Shown: positions 1 to 13,478 of the stretch, piece by piece
Position numbering within the stretch: the first letter of the stretch is position 1
How the letters are laid out: each line of letters starts with the position of its first letter
Assembly (NCBI RefSeq): GCF_006345805.1
Contig: NC_043015.1
Location: forward strand, 44,640,001-44,704,000
Reading direction: 5' to 3'
From: Octopus sinensis
Taxonomy: Eukaryota
Length of the DNA stretch: 64,000 nucleotides
Position numbers and translations under genes: made by a program
Notes under the pieces: model-generated
The model's input: only the letters and a program-made list of their open reading frames with translations
Database searches by the model: none
What the model was told of the DNA's origin: nothing

Positions 1-488
1 CCTCAGATTGTGATTTTTTCTGACCTCGAAGGTAATGAAGATGAAGTTTACGTTGATAAGGTATCAGCTTAGTGCACAAAGAGCCGGAACAAAAAGTGTA
101 TCGAACATCACAACAACTCAGCTCCTTCTCTGCCTTAAACCTGGTTAGTACCGACGATTTTAGATTAACGTAGTATCCAATCAGATTATGATATCGATAT
201 CTTTAGATTTCGAATGTTGAGAGTATTAAATGAAATCTTATTAATTTCTGTATAAAATCCATTATTGTTGGTGTTCCCTCGAGTCGGAGAATAACGTGTC
301 GGCAAATTCTTACTGAAACAACCTGTACAGATGATTTCCTCATTGTGATGAAATATTTGTGCTGTAAATTAGCTCTCTCCCCCTCTCTTCCTCTCTTTCC
401 CTCGCCATCTCTCTCCATTACATCAACATTACTTGTAAAGTGGAGTGTGTGTCACATGTCAGTTGTCAAAATGGTCGCAGGAAATGTA

Positions 489-1055
489 TTGGGTTGTCCG
501 GAAAGTTCGTGCCGATTTATGTAGCTTACTTTTGATTTATTTTAGAACGTTGTTGGTCCATAAAATAGGATTTGAGTACCCCTCCATTTATAGCACAGTT
601 TAAAGCTATCTTTTCATGGGAAGAAGATTTATGTTCCTATAATCTATGTTTAATTCCGTAACCCTTTAAAATGGAAGATAAGAAAGTTCATTTTCGGCAC
701 TTGATGCTTTGGGAACCAGAGAAAAATTGCTGCAGCTCGGCTGGGATGTGTTACCCTACCCTCCATATTCACCAGATATTGCTTCTTTGGATTTCCACTT
801 ATTCAGGTCTCTCCAGAATAGTTTTAATGGTAAAAATTTCAATTCCTTGGACGACGTAAAAAGATACCGTGATGAATTCTTTGCCATGAAACCACCTCAA
901 TTCAGGGAAAGAGGATATTTTCAAGTTAAAGGAAAGATGGGGACGCATTGTGCAACAAAATGGTTCATAGTTGGTTGATTAAAAATGTAATGGCAAGTAT
1001 TTATTGACCTTTTTCTTTCCTTTAAAAATCGGCACGAACTTTCCGGACAACCCAA
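489..1055 (+). mobile_element. Internally deleted mariner (mellifera-like) DNA transposon, 567 bp
   Basis: 30-bp perfect TIRs (489-518 TTGGGTTGTCCGGAAAGTTCGTGCCGATTT; 1026-1055 reverse complement), TA on both sides (487-488, 1056-1057), transposase N- and C-terminal remnants inside. Confidence 0.93.
671..978 (+). pseudogene. Mariner transposase remnant: N-terminus (MEDKKVHFRH) fused out of frame to C-terminus (YPPYSPDIASLDFHLFRSLQNSF)
   Basis: ORFs 671-859 and 709-978. YSPDIASLDFHLF corresponds to the mariner YSPDLAPSDYHLF motif; HTH and most of the DD34D core are deleted. Confidence 0.88.
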
Positions 1056-2445
1056 TAATATATCTAAACTGTGTCACCGATGATATTACTATCAGAATGT
1101 AAAGATTTGGAATCCCATAACAATTCTGTCAACCTACCAATGTCGGTTGTACAATTTCATCGGAACTCACGATAGCATGGCGCGCAAATTAGAACTCGAC
1201 GGAATTTGAACTGTAAGGAGACAGCAAGTACCGCAAGACATCCTATCAAACGCTATTACCACTCAGCCACTTCACGTTCTTGGAGTGGGTTTTTTGAATG
1301 CATGAACATCCCCCTCCCCCCCACACACAATACACGCGCACACATATGTACGTATGTGTGTGTGTGTGCGTGCGTGTTCTTTTCGCGTGTAAATATGTAT
1401 GTATACATGTATGTATGTCACTCGATAGGTTAGTAGGTAGGTAGGTAGGCAGCATAAAAACCACAACATGGATGTGACATGTTCTACGTTGAAAATTTTA
1501 GAAAAAGAAAATGAAATAAATCGAAGCATAATGTCGATATGACCTGAATAAAATACTCATCCACAAAGATAAACAGGGGGTACCCCTTTCTAAGTGAACG
1601 TGTTTCGTGTCCATTTGACAGTTTCGATAGGAATTTATCGATTTTTTTTGCATCCTCCATTGTTTAAATTGTTTTTATATTTCATATTTTATGATTTTCA
1701 ATATTTTAAGGTGTTTTTTAGTTTGTTTTTTTTTTCATCAATTTTTAAAATTCTGAGATATTCATGCAATATTTAAATGAATTTTCAGGACACAGAGGAG
1801 AAAAATCGTAAAAAAAAAAAAAAAATGGAAAAAATTGTTTAGAAATAAACGCACATCTTTTTCCTGCCTATAAAGAGCAACATGTGAATTATCGACAAGC
1901 GCCATGTATTCATAGCTTTCATAACTGGAAGGCAATACGGTTTCAACAAGATCATTTCAAAAGAAAAAAACCGAGTCGATTGATGTATTATTATAGCAAA
2001 AAGTATATAAATATTAAATAACATCTTATAAATAAACTAGTTTGTGCGTGTATATACATGTGTATATGAGTGAGTGTGTTTATGCTTTCGTAGGAGTGCA
2101 TATGTGTGTGTGTGTGTGAATGCGTGTGTTTATGTGTTATTTTTAATGCACTTTGTAGAACACCTGGAGCTAAAATTTTGTCTGCACGTATTATGACATG
2201 AGACCTGACATTATAAAACGGTCCATTGCTTTATTTGCTTATGTATTTATTGATTTGTTTAACATCAAAACTTTCAATTTGAATTTAATGACATATTTAC
2301 ACACATACACACATACACACACACACACACACTCGCCACAAGCACTTACATATATAGACACACAAACACGCTTTATATCTATGTATGTATGTAAATATAT
2401 CTATGTACGTACAGATATATATCCATCCACGTATTTATATACGTG

Positions 2446-2451
2446 TGTTTG

Positions 2452-2482
<31 letters not shown>

Positions 2483-2531
2483 ATCTATCTATCTATCTAT
2501 CTATCTATGTATCTATCTATCTAAATATACA

Positions 2532-2583
<52 letters not shown>

Positions 2584-2684
2584 CACACACGTATACGTAT
2601 ATAATATATATACACACTTACTTACATACGTACATACATACATACGTACGTACATACATCCATCCATCCATCCATCCATCCATC

Positions 2685-2716
<32 letters not shown>

Positions 2717-3255
2717 CATACATACATACATACATTCATACATACGTACGTACATACATACATACATACATACATACATACAAACATACATGCATACATA
2801 CATACATGCATACATGCATACATACATACATGCATGCATACATACATACATACATACATACATACATACATACATACATACATACATACATACATGCATA
2901 CATACATACATACATACATACATGCATACATACATACATACATACATACATACATACATACATACATACATACATGCATACATACATACATACATGCATG
3001 CATACATACATACATACATACATGCATACATACATACATACATACATACATACATACATACATACATGCATACATACATACATACATACATACATGCATA
3101 CATACATACATACATACATACATACATACATACATACATACATACATGCATACATACATACATACATGCATACATACATACATACATACATACATGCATA
3201 CATACATACATGCATACATACATACATACATGCATACATACATACATACATAAAT
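2446..3255. repeat. Compound microsatellite (TATC)n-(TC)n-(TA)n-(CATC)n-(CATA/CATG)n
   Basis: Directly visible; source of the YIHT/MYVC pseudo-ORFs. Confidence 0.98.
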
Positions 3256-3824
3256 ACATACCCGTGTGTACGTGCGCCGATCGCTCTCTTGTTAAAATAG
3301 CTTTTACAATATAGATTTCATAACACTGGAGCTCGAACGTGACACTTATGAATTACGCAACGAAAAATTTTCGATAAATCATCTCTAATTAGTATACTAA
3401 TCTCTAATTAGCATATTTCAGTACATTTAATATTTGCTGAAGCATATTACTACTATTCCTCAATTTAGTTAATATATCACCTTCTAGCACAGGAACTCCA
3501 CCCACGTTACTATAACCGTTTCGCTTTACGTTTACCTCTGTTGGCATTCTTTCAGAAGATTGATCGTAATATTTCTCATAATATAACGTTTCGCCACCAT
3601 ATGTTCATCTTTAATAGTAATACTTTATATTATATAAATTTGTCCTCCTAATGTACGTAAATCTTTAGAAACACAATTTCAATTAGCGACGGCTCTGAGA
3701 CTGTACGAGACTGCTCGAGAATTTTCATTGCAGGAGTGAAACCATTTTGTGTAATCCCTCGTAGTTTTCTACACAGCATGAAATTGTATTCAATGACATA
3801 GTCAAATTCTTCCAGCCACATACT

Positions 3825-3960
3825 TACCGTAAATCCTCCAGTATAGTCCGCCCTTGAGTATAGTACGCAGGTTTTTTTTAGGGGGCTGTACTTCTGGAGA
3901 ATCTAAACCTTGTGTATAATACGCACCCCTTCTCTAACTTGAGTCAAGGAGGTCTATATA
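3825..3960 (+). mobile_element. Possible terminus of a pogo/Tc-like DNA transposon
   Basis: Begins TA|CCGTAAATCCTC with repeated subterminal motif (AG)TATA(G/A)T(C/A)CGC; partner TIR not found. Confidence 0.35.
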
Positions 3961-4165
3961 ACGTCATTCGTTTGTAAAAGTGTGTACGGGAATCTCCTTT
4001 ATTATTATTGTATATATAACATAATGCAAACGTGTAGCGTTTTTGTGCATTTTGTTTGCAGAAAATAAAGAAATAACATCTCTCTCTCTCTCCATCAAAT
4101 CAACATTACTTGGAACGTGGACTGTGTGCCACATGTCAGTTGTCAAAATGGTCGCAGGAAATGTA

Positions 4166-4349
4166 TTAGTTTGTCCGGAAAGTTCGTACCGATTTATAGT
4201 AGCTTACCTTTCGATATATTTTAGAACATGGTTGAGTGCATAAAACGGGATTTGACTGCACCTCCATTTATAGCACAGTTTAAGCTATATTTTCGTGGAA
4301 GAAGGTTTATGTTCCTATAACCTGTATAAATTATGTAACCCTTTAAAAT
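4166..4349 (+). mobile_element. 5' fragment of the same mariner family as 489-1055
   Basis: TA|TTAGTTTGTCCGGAAAGTTCGTACCGATTT degenerate TIR; roughly 80% identical by eye to 489-672; truncated at the transposase ATG position. Confidence 0.85.
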
Positions 4350-4439
4350 CGATAGCTGCTTCGGCAGGTATAAACAGGTGAGATATTATACACACACGAA
4401 CACACACAGACACACATGCACACACATATAGAGAGATAC

Positions 4440-4476
4440 ATAGACAGACAGGCAGACAGTAGACAGGCAGACAGAC

Positions 4477-4575
<99 letters not shown>
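4440..4575. repeat. (GACA)n/(GATA)n microsatellite
   Basis: Directly visible. Confidence 0.97.
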
Positions 4576-5055
4576 GATATTTATTTGTCATGATGTTGCA
4601 TCTTGTATCTTGAAACTCACTACAAATTGTGTCTGTCATTGACTGGTAGAAGAGTAAGGCCAAAAGCCACAAACAGCTCATTACTGTCTTCACAAAACGA
4701 ACAACTTGGTCTGGGATATGCAGTTCAGTTTACAGGGTAGCTAATGTGAAAATCACATGATAATATTTGATAATCACCTTAAGAATATGTATGCAAAATG
4801 GATACAACCAGTACAAAAAATCAACGACAAAAGACGGGCTACAGCAAATATTCTTCTCAACGCCACAGATGGTCTTGTAAATTGCTTGGCCTTAAACAGC
4901 TGAGTGTGTCCCTTAGTGGCTGTCGATATGTGCATCTCTGATCACGAGCCACATTGCTCGTTGAGCATGTCCCTTAGTGGCTGACGGGTAGTCATGATGG
5001 GTATATTGGGCTTGGTATATTTTACCCCAGTGTTACTTTGATGGCAGTGTCACTC

Positions 5056-5077
5056 AATAATAATAATAATAATAATA

Positions 5078-5141
<64 letters not shown>

Positions 5142-5161
5142 AGAAGAAGAAGAAGAAGAAG
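5056..5161. repeat. (TAA)n followed by (GAA)n
   Basis: Directly visible. Confidence 0.97.
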
Positions 5162-6009
5162 ATTCATAGAGCCAATAATTGTGAGAACTCTTTTTAGGGC
5201 TTGTAGATAAGATGGAGTTCAGTGCTTGATTGTATGTTTATACGTGTACATATATGTCTTTTGATGTAATATATATGTAAATATGTGTTTGTGTTTGTGC
5301 TTGTGTGTATGTACACACATCCTCAAACATGCACCCTCACACAAACCCCACACATATATACGCATGTACGTATGTATAAATATCTGTATGTGTTTGAATG
5401 AATGGATGAATCTATGTATGTATATATGTATGTATATATGTATGTATGTATGTACGTATGTACGTACACAAGCAGGCATGTTTATCTATTATGTTTGCAC
5501 ATTTTTTACGCATTCAAGTTCATGTTAAGATTATTCCATAAACTGCTTTTAGCTAGCTATGAGGGGAAAATGCATCCATATATTTAAAAGAATAAAAAGC
5601 ATGATTCATCGATGAACGCAGTCATTTTTTCCATTACAAATGCAGTGTTCGCTTATTGAACAAATAAAAATTATAGCATTGGAATAAACAACCAGAGATT
5701 TCACTGCGATATGACCCTGATTCAAAACATAATGCAATATATTTGGAAAACAATTTCGTTAATATTGGGATTCGATGATAAATATATTGTTTCCCTTTGA
5801 GCTATTGTTCCTCTTAAAAGACTTATATGTATATCACAGTGTTTTACTGACAATATAAGCTGTAATAATTGCATGTAATAAGTGATTTCATTACGTTTCA
5901 TCGTATTGCGAAAACCAATAAGGCTTTTCGTCAATTTATGCACAAAGATACAAGTTTCCCCAATTTTATAAAGATGGGGAATACAGATGTCAATTTATGC
6001 ATATGGTCT

Positions 6010-6215
6010 TTTATTTTTTTAGTTGTTTGAGTCTTTTGATTGCGGCCATGGTGGAGCACCTCCTTTAGTCGAACAAATCGACCCCGGAGCTTATTCTTTG
6101 TAAGCCCTGTACTTAATCTATCGGAATATTTTTTGCTGAACTGCTACGTCATGGGGACGTAAACACACCAGCATCGGTTGTCAAGCGATGGTGGGGAACA
6201 AGTACAAACACAAAC
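6010..6215 (-). mobile_element. SINE family A, 3' half
   Basis: Reverse complement of the ...GCTTGACAACCGATGCTGGTG...GGTGCTCCAGCATGGCCGCAGTC 3' block seen in full-length copies. Confidence 0.8.
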
Positions 6216-6421
6216 ATATATATAAATATATATATACATACATATACACACAATATACATATATATATATATATACACATAATATATATATATATATATC
6301 CATGTATATATTGCCTTGAACTGGCCATAGTTATAAAAATAGATACAGTTATAGTTTTATAACTGTATATATTTTATCTTCCTGTTTGGTCACTTCCTGT
6401 TTTCATTGTGTTTTAAATAAG

Positions 6422-6556
6422 ATATAAATTTGTTTGTACATTCTTCACTGGTGGTATGTCCAAGTCTAAACATGGGCAGGTAGTAATAACCGTTTGTAAC
6501 GAAGGCAAATTGTTAGAGACCTTGACAGATGAGTCTGGTCTCTCATCTCGACAGCA
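6422..6556 (+). other. Candidate coding exon (YKFVCTFFTGGMSKSKHGQVVITVCNEGKLLETLTDESGLSSRQ)
   Basis: Open frame, pyrimidine tract plus AAG acceptor at 6421, consensus donor CA|GTAAGT at 6557; no homolog recognised. Confidence 0.25.
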
Positions 6557-8202
6557 GTAAGTGTCTATTATTTCATGTTAACGATACATGGAAGGTTGAA
6601 AAATTCTTACTCCATTAGCACAGTAAATTGGGAACCCTTGACATTAAAGTATTATGGCTAATTATTATTTTAAAACATTTCGTTTGCCACAAAAATGACC
6701 CAGCTAATCTCCAGGTGGGAAAATATTTAGAAATACAAATATTAGATCATTATGAAATGAATTACAACATTTTAGTGGTAGTTTTTTTTCTGTAATGTCC
6801 AAAGTGTCCCACCCACCGTATACATGATTTTGCCTTCCTCGGATATTGTAAATTAGTACGTTGTACACTGACAAAGATACTTGTAGAATAAATTTCACAG
6901 ATGTATAAATATACAATCAAAATCGTTAGAATGAGGTCTGTCATCGGCTCTGGGACTCATAAAGTAGGAGATTAATAATCGTGAATGATATTATAAGATT
7001 ATCTTCCTAATGTAGCGGCGGTGCGTTGCTGGAACACGTTTACAGCTAGCTAGGAGGATAAAAGTAACATTGAAGGAAAACATTTACTCAAAAAACACAA
7101 CGGATTTCCCAGTCCGGTAATTGAAACAACTATCATACGTCCCTGTGTGTAACTCACCAAACACCAAACCACACATATTCATATTTGTTAGAATTCCGAA
7201 TAAAGTATATATACACGTCAGTTATATACTATAAACGCACAGTGTATTAGTATTTATGTATAGAATACGAATCTGAGATTCTGTAATCATGTTTTCCTCT
7301 CTAATAAGCAAATTGAAACCAACTTACAAATTTCTCATAGCAGAGCTCTTATCGCAACTATAAAATATTTAAAAAATTATAAATGTAATCCGAGTGTAAG
7401 ACAATAAGGGTGTTGAAGTAAACGGATTAGAGGGATTATTTCGCCTTATTTGAGCTTTGAACAAGTGCTATTGTATTGAATTTAGTCTTTTGTGAATAAG
7501 ACTATCTTTTCACAGTGCAGTAACCTCATACTACAAGAGTTCTTGACATCACAGGTTTTGAGAGAAAACGGTAAATTATCCTAAATTACGTCCACTAAAT
7601 TTACGTTTGAGGCCAGATTAACGTTATCTTTCTTTATGGTAATTGCTAAGTAGAATGCAACTGTTATATCGTTGATGGATTGAACAGAATTATGTTGTTG
7701 CAACTAATATTTTGGAGTATATATTAGAGAAGGTTATCCATATTATTGCAGCTGTATTGTTATTCGAAATATCTAACACGCAATTGTACAAAACAAAAAT
7801 TAAAACTCTTAAAAACATACTATGAACAATATGAATCGAAATTTAATATGATAAAGCTTTTGTTACAAGGTGAAGGGTGAAAAAGATTTTGCTTACTGAA
7901 TCATAAAACGATTTAATAAAAAGCTTTAATAGAAATCTTACATAATCTTTTCTATGTATAGTTACAGATCAGTTGACTGAGATACCAGGAGCTAGTATTG
8001 TTTCACACACAGCAACAGTAGCGATAGCGACGGCATTTGCACCACAAGGCCTTCGGTGTGTTTTTCCCTTTTTCCGTTGATTTGGACGCCTGCCAAACCC
8101 TACACACAGGCAGTTCCCATACATGCAATAAATGCACAGACATATGCAAACATTCACACACAAATGCATACATACATACATATATATTATACTTATATTA
8201 TA

Positions 8203-8273
<71 letters not shown>

Positions 8274-8842
8274 CTATATATATATATATATATATATCTA
8301 TTATACGTATATTATATGCATATGTATTTATTATATATATATAATATGTATATTATATATATCATATTATATATCTCTTACACTCCCAATTTGCTATTTC
8401 ATCTCCTTTCCAGCAGAATTACTATTGGAGTTTTCTTTGACAGCCAGTAACAGTATTACTTACTTGAATCTCGCGTAAGCGTTAATGTTTTAACTAACGG
8501 GCATCGGGGGCTACAATAAAATCTATGCCTCCATGCATCTAATTTTTTATCTCTTTATCCATCCACATATATAAATATACATATATAAATACACACACAC
8601 ACATATATATATGCGTGCGTGCATGTGTGTATGCTTGGTTTTAAGCGATAAGTCTGTAGCTACCATGGGATATTACCTTCTAGCGTTTAGCAAAACCAAA
8701 AGCAAAATACACACCGGTACATATTTTAAATTAGGTATTTTTTCTATCGGACTAATTTTTTTTTTTTTGGTTTCTTTTTGCTTTATTTCGAATCACTAAA
8801 CCGTAAAAGGAAACCGAAAACAATGTCTATTAGCAAAAATAA

Positions 8843-9050
8843 AGCGGCACGCTGGCAGAACTGTTAGCAAGTCAGGAAAAATGCCGAGCGACTTTCGTTC
8901 GTCTTTACGTTCTGAGTTCAAACTCCGCTGCGGTCGATTTTATCTTTACGGGGTCGATAAAATAGGTACCAAGTGAATACTTGAGTCGTTGTTACCGACT
9001 TACCAATTCCTCGAATTTTTTGGCCTTGTGCCAAAATTTGGAATCAGTAT
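8843..9050 (+). mobile_element. SINE family B, degenerate
   Basis: GCTGGCAGAA...GTTCTGAGTTCAAACTCCGC...GGGGTCGATAAAATAGGTACC. Confidence 0.75.
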
Positions 9051-9881
9051 TTATTAGTAAAACCCAACACAATAACGATATATAATATAAACGGCTTATT
9101 AAACATTCATTGTTTAGAATATAAATTCTAAAATGCATATGATTAATAAATACTACATTATAAACGAATATTTAAATCTACTCATTTATATGGAATTTAT
9201 TCTGTTGCAAATCATTTCTGAAGGAAGATTTTTACAATTATCTTTTCATATATATTCAGAAGTCTATTATATTTCATACGATATAAATACAGTATCAACT
9301 GAAAGTTTCATTTAATTTACAGAAAAGAAAAGAAAAACATTCGATATATGAATTATTCATTTTAATATAGTAATGTTCTTATTAAATGAAATAAGAGCGG
9401 TTCTATTATACTTTTTATAGTCTTTCTCTTTTTTCCTAGTATCAAGTAAATTATAAGATGGCTTTTTCTAATTTATTATGTAATTAGTGTCATATAATAA
9501 ATAAATTATATGTAGCTTGATGTATCCGGCGATGTATCAGTATAAGCCAAAATAATCATGAATCGTGATGAATTCTGAAATCATCTGCTAATATGAGAAA
9601 ATACAAAAAAAAAAGGTAATGCTAACTGTATTCATAATTATATATTCTTGTGTGTTTGTGTGCGTGAGTCAGTGTGCATATTTGTGTATACATACTACAT
9701 AACTACATATCATTATTATATCTATGTCTATATCAAGGACGTGCCGCCCGGGTAGGCAATAGACATTGTCTAAGTTGGAAAAATAGATCGATTGTAACAC
9801 TTTCCTTTTATGGCAAAATATACACCTAATTCAGTAATATTATGAAGGTTACTCTGATTACTATGCCTAAAATGCAATATA

Positions 9882-9930
<49 letters not shown>

Positions 9931-10105
9931 CATATATATATAGCCAGCTATTACCGGTAAAGTTATTAGTTGCCAATTCTGTACAAGACATTGTAGATCT
10001 TTAGCTGGGCTAAAAAGTCACATTCGATCACAGCAACAGTAACAGTTAAGCTTCGTGCAATGGCCATACTCGACAACGAGGGGGCAGCCAAATAATAATA
10101 ATAAT

Positions 10106-10171
<66 letters not shown>

Positions 10172-10810
10172 TGTAGATTAGGTAAGCATAATTGGCTCCT
10201 CCCTTCCAATCTCAGTATTTAAGCTATGCATAGTGCTGATGTAGTACATTTGCTGCATACACTCCTACAACACCGTTTTCTTTGCGTACTATAAAGCCAG
10301 AAGTAAATCCGCCTTCAACTCAGTCACGCATCTGTGTTTCGCTTATATTTTGTGTGTTTTACTACATAAAGTTCACCAACTGCCTACCCAGAGTTATTAC
10401 TGACAACACATGCCTGATCTAAACATCTCAAATCAGATGTTTACCTGTACTGCTTCATGCATGCATGCATACATACATGCATGCATGCATGCATACATAC
10501 ATACATACATACATACATACATAAATACATACATACATAGGCTTACTAGGCCCCATTTACACACACACACTAACGCTTGCGCACCTCAGTTCGTTGGGGT
10601 CACCATTAACTTTATAGTTATTATCATCATCATCATCGTCATCATTATTATTATTATTATTATTATTGTTATTATTATTATTATTACTATTATTATTATC
10701 ATCATCATCATCATTACTATTATTGTTGTTATTCTGAGTGATGTTTGTAGAGACCACAGCCCATGGAGAATTAGCGCGTAGATTTAGAAAAGCTCTGAAG
10801 GAGAGCAAAC

Positions 10811-11246
10811 ATTAAGACTGTAGAAAAGCCAGGGAAATCCGTCAGATCACAACTATGTAGGACATACTTATTTGAGAATACCATATGCACCAACAATAAC
10901 TGCATGGTATGTAGGATTATCCCTGGCATTATCTGTAGAACTGGAAATGTAGTTTACAGCATAAGATGCTTAGAAGATGTTTGTAAAGAATTGAACATGA
11001 CGTACATAGAGGAGACATCTAGGAGCATTGCGGAATGACTAAATGGATATCTGAGACAATATGACGACAAAAAATAGTCCTTCATACTCTACCAACATGC
11101 CAAAGACCACCATGGAAGCAATATGTGTCAACGTGACATCCGCATCTTATCCAAGAACCCCAAAAAACCCAACACTCAGACAAATACGGGAGTACGTCCT
11201 TATAAATGAAACTTCTCCAATACGAAATAGGAAATATACACAGTAG
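10811..11246 (+). pseudogene. Penelope-like element GIY-YIG endonuclease remnant with upstream Cys cluster
   Basis: Frame from 10811 reads CTNNNCMVC...NVVYSIRCLEDVC...TYIEETSRSIAE*L; the downstream frame gives LRQIREYVLINETSPIRN. Matches the PLE pattern VY.I.C..C...YIGET.R...R and the C-terminal R..E...I...P..N. Confidence 0.85.
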
Positions 11247-12116
11247 ATATTGTACCCCTATATCCACAGTTTACATAGGTAGAGTACAATAGTTAATAGG
11301 CTGTTATGTAGATAGATGTAGGTATGTATGTGGGGTTATAGATGTGTATATGCACAAGTATGTAAGCATATAGATATGAAAATAAACTGATAAACATACA
11401 GACGGGTAGGTACATAAGCTATATGAAGAGACAAGCACACATACGCAAATGGACTGAAACACAGGAACATATATACACACATACTTTACTTCACACAATG
11501 ACACATATGGAAACATGTGTCAATACATATGGAGATGCACATCCATACATACAAACATGGTACATAGTTGCAAAACACACACACACAGACATGCACACAC
11601 AAGGAGATAGAGGTGCATACATATACGAACACACGCTGCACACACACACACACACACACACACATACATAAAAATACAGTACCAAGGATATGAAAGCACA
11701 TGAATATGCAAAATACATACATACAGATGCACACACATACATACATATCTAGATATGTTTACTCACATATATATACATACACACATATGCATGCATACAC
11801 ACATATATGCATGCATAGGCAGACACACACACACACACTCACACACACACACACTCACACACACACTGACCCACACTCATGCGCACAAACAGACAAAAAA
11901 GAACACAGGGTAAATTTCGGACAGAGTCAAGACTATTGAAAAGATTGCAAGACGCAATGAAAATTTTAGGAAAATAAAAATAAGGAAGTGGAAATTTTCT
12001 GGTGAGTGTGTTAAATTATAAGGCAAAAAAACGAAAATGACTCTCCCCAGACACTACAGAATATGCTTCAACACACGAACTCACATAAAGAATCTTGCAA
12101 ACCAAATCCAAGACAA

Positions 12117-12117
12117 A

Positions 12118-12179
<62 letters not shown>

Positions 12180-12203
12180 CATCATCATCATCATCATCAT
12201 CAT
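12117..12203. repeat. (ATT)n(ATC)n microsatellite
   Basis: Directly visible. Confidence 0.97.
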
Positions 12204-12217
12204 TTTTTCTTCTTAAT

Positions 12218-12325
12218 CCTTTCTGTCGAAGAGCGTAGACTCGGAATGTAAAGTACTTTGGCATTTTCTTGAGCGTTAAACTAATACATCCGCTTGTTGG
12301 TCTCACACCTATCTTCGTCTTTTCA
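12218..12325 (+). mobile_element. Short repeat family F (hammerhead-bearing), degenerate copy
   Basis: CCTTTCTGTCGAAGAGCGTAG...GAGCGTTAAACTAATACATC...TCTTCGTCTTT, homologous to the reverse complement of 60659-60790. Confidence 0.75.
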
Positions 12326-13082
12326 TTAATGTAAATTTGTATGTATAAATACACACACACACACATATATGTATAGGCATATGCACACACCCGCACACAT
12401 ACATATATATGTGTGTGTTTTTATATATATATATATATATTAGGATTACAACTTAGTTTAATGGAATTAAATAGTCTTAATTGATAACAAGCCACAAAAT
12501 CTTGCATCAAATAAAATATTCCTCCCAGCATACACAGGAATATGTCTGTGTGTGCCCGCGTTCGTGTTTGTGCGTGAGTGATTTTGTGTTTTTTCACGTG
12601 GGGTTGCTAGATAAGCGTATGAGTTTATCATATTAATGGATACCTGAGTGTATAAGAATGAATATTTTATGTGAGAAGACATCATTATATTATAGGTGTT
12701 ATATATACTCCCACGCGTGTGTAAATATTTTACAAATTACGTGGCGTATGTTAAGCCTATTTACACGTATAACTTCTGTAAGGATTCCTCATTGAAGCAC
12801 TCTGAATTATCTAATAGTGCACCGCAGTCATTAATGAATACGTAGGTATTTGTGTGGGTGCCACATTGCTTCCGCTTGTGTCCATAAGAGTACAGATGTT
12901 ATTACAATTTATCAAATAAATATGTATGGGTTCTATAACTTATGGGTATTTAATACTCACTTAGGGATATATATATATAACCCAGTATATCAAGGCGTGC
13001 AGAGACATATGTATATCAACATAAGTATCTACAGAATAACGCCTGCGTGCAGACGGTCACACACACGCACGGGCACACACGC

Positions 13083-13167
13083 AGATATATCTATATAATA
13101 ATAGATATATCTTTATAATAATAGATATATCTATATAATAATAGATATACCTATATAATAATAGATA
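13083..13167 (+). repeat. 20-bp minisatellite AGATATATCTATATAATAAT x4
   Basis: Units start at 13083, 13103, 13123, 13143. Confidence 0.95.
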
Positions 13168-13401
13168 AGGCGGCGAGATGGCAGAAACGTTAGCGCGCTG
13201 GGCGATAATGCTTAGCGGTATTTCGCCTGTCGTTACGTTGTGAGTTCAAATTCCGCCGAGGTCGACTTTACCTTTCATCCTTTCGGGGTCGATAAATAAA
13301 GTACCAATTTCGCACTGGGGTCGATGTAATCGACTTAATACCTTTGTGTTGTCCTTGTTTGTCTCCTCTATGTTTAGCCCCTTGTGGGTAGTAAAGAAAT
13401 A
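13168..13401 (+). mobile_element. SINE family B, full length, 15-bp TSD
   Basis: A-box-like TGGCAGAAACG and B-box GTTCAAATTCC; TSD TATATAATAATAGAT at 13152-13166 and 13402-13416. Confidence 0.92.
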
Positions 13402-13478
13402 TATATAATAATAGATGAAGGAAACTGTAGATTTAGCATTAGTCTCTATTCAATACGACATATGTGTGTATATATATA

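Noticed and set aside
185-352. Minus-strand frame HHNEEIICTGCFSKNL resembling the end of a LIM domain
   Set aside because: Only a CxxC match; the putative acceptor is preceded by a purine tract, and no upstream LIM half was found.
2385-3314. Long ORFs of 139-309 aa (YIHT/MYVC repeats) and the many similar poly-IY, poly-L, poly-N and RE ORFs
   Set aside because: Translations of microsatellites that lack stop codons; no coding evidence.
13083-13167. CRISPR-like regular repeats
   Set aside because: No spacers and eukaryotic context; simple minisatellite.
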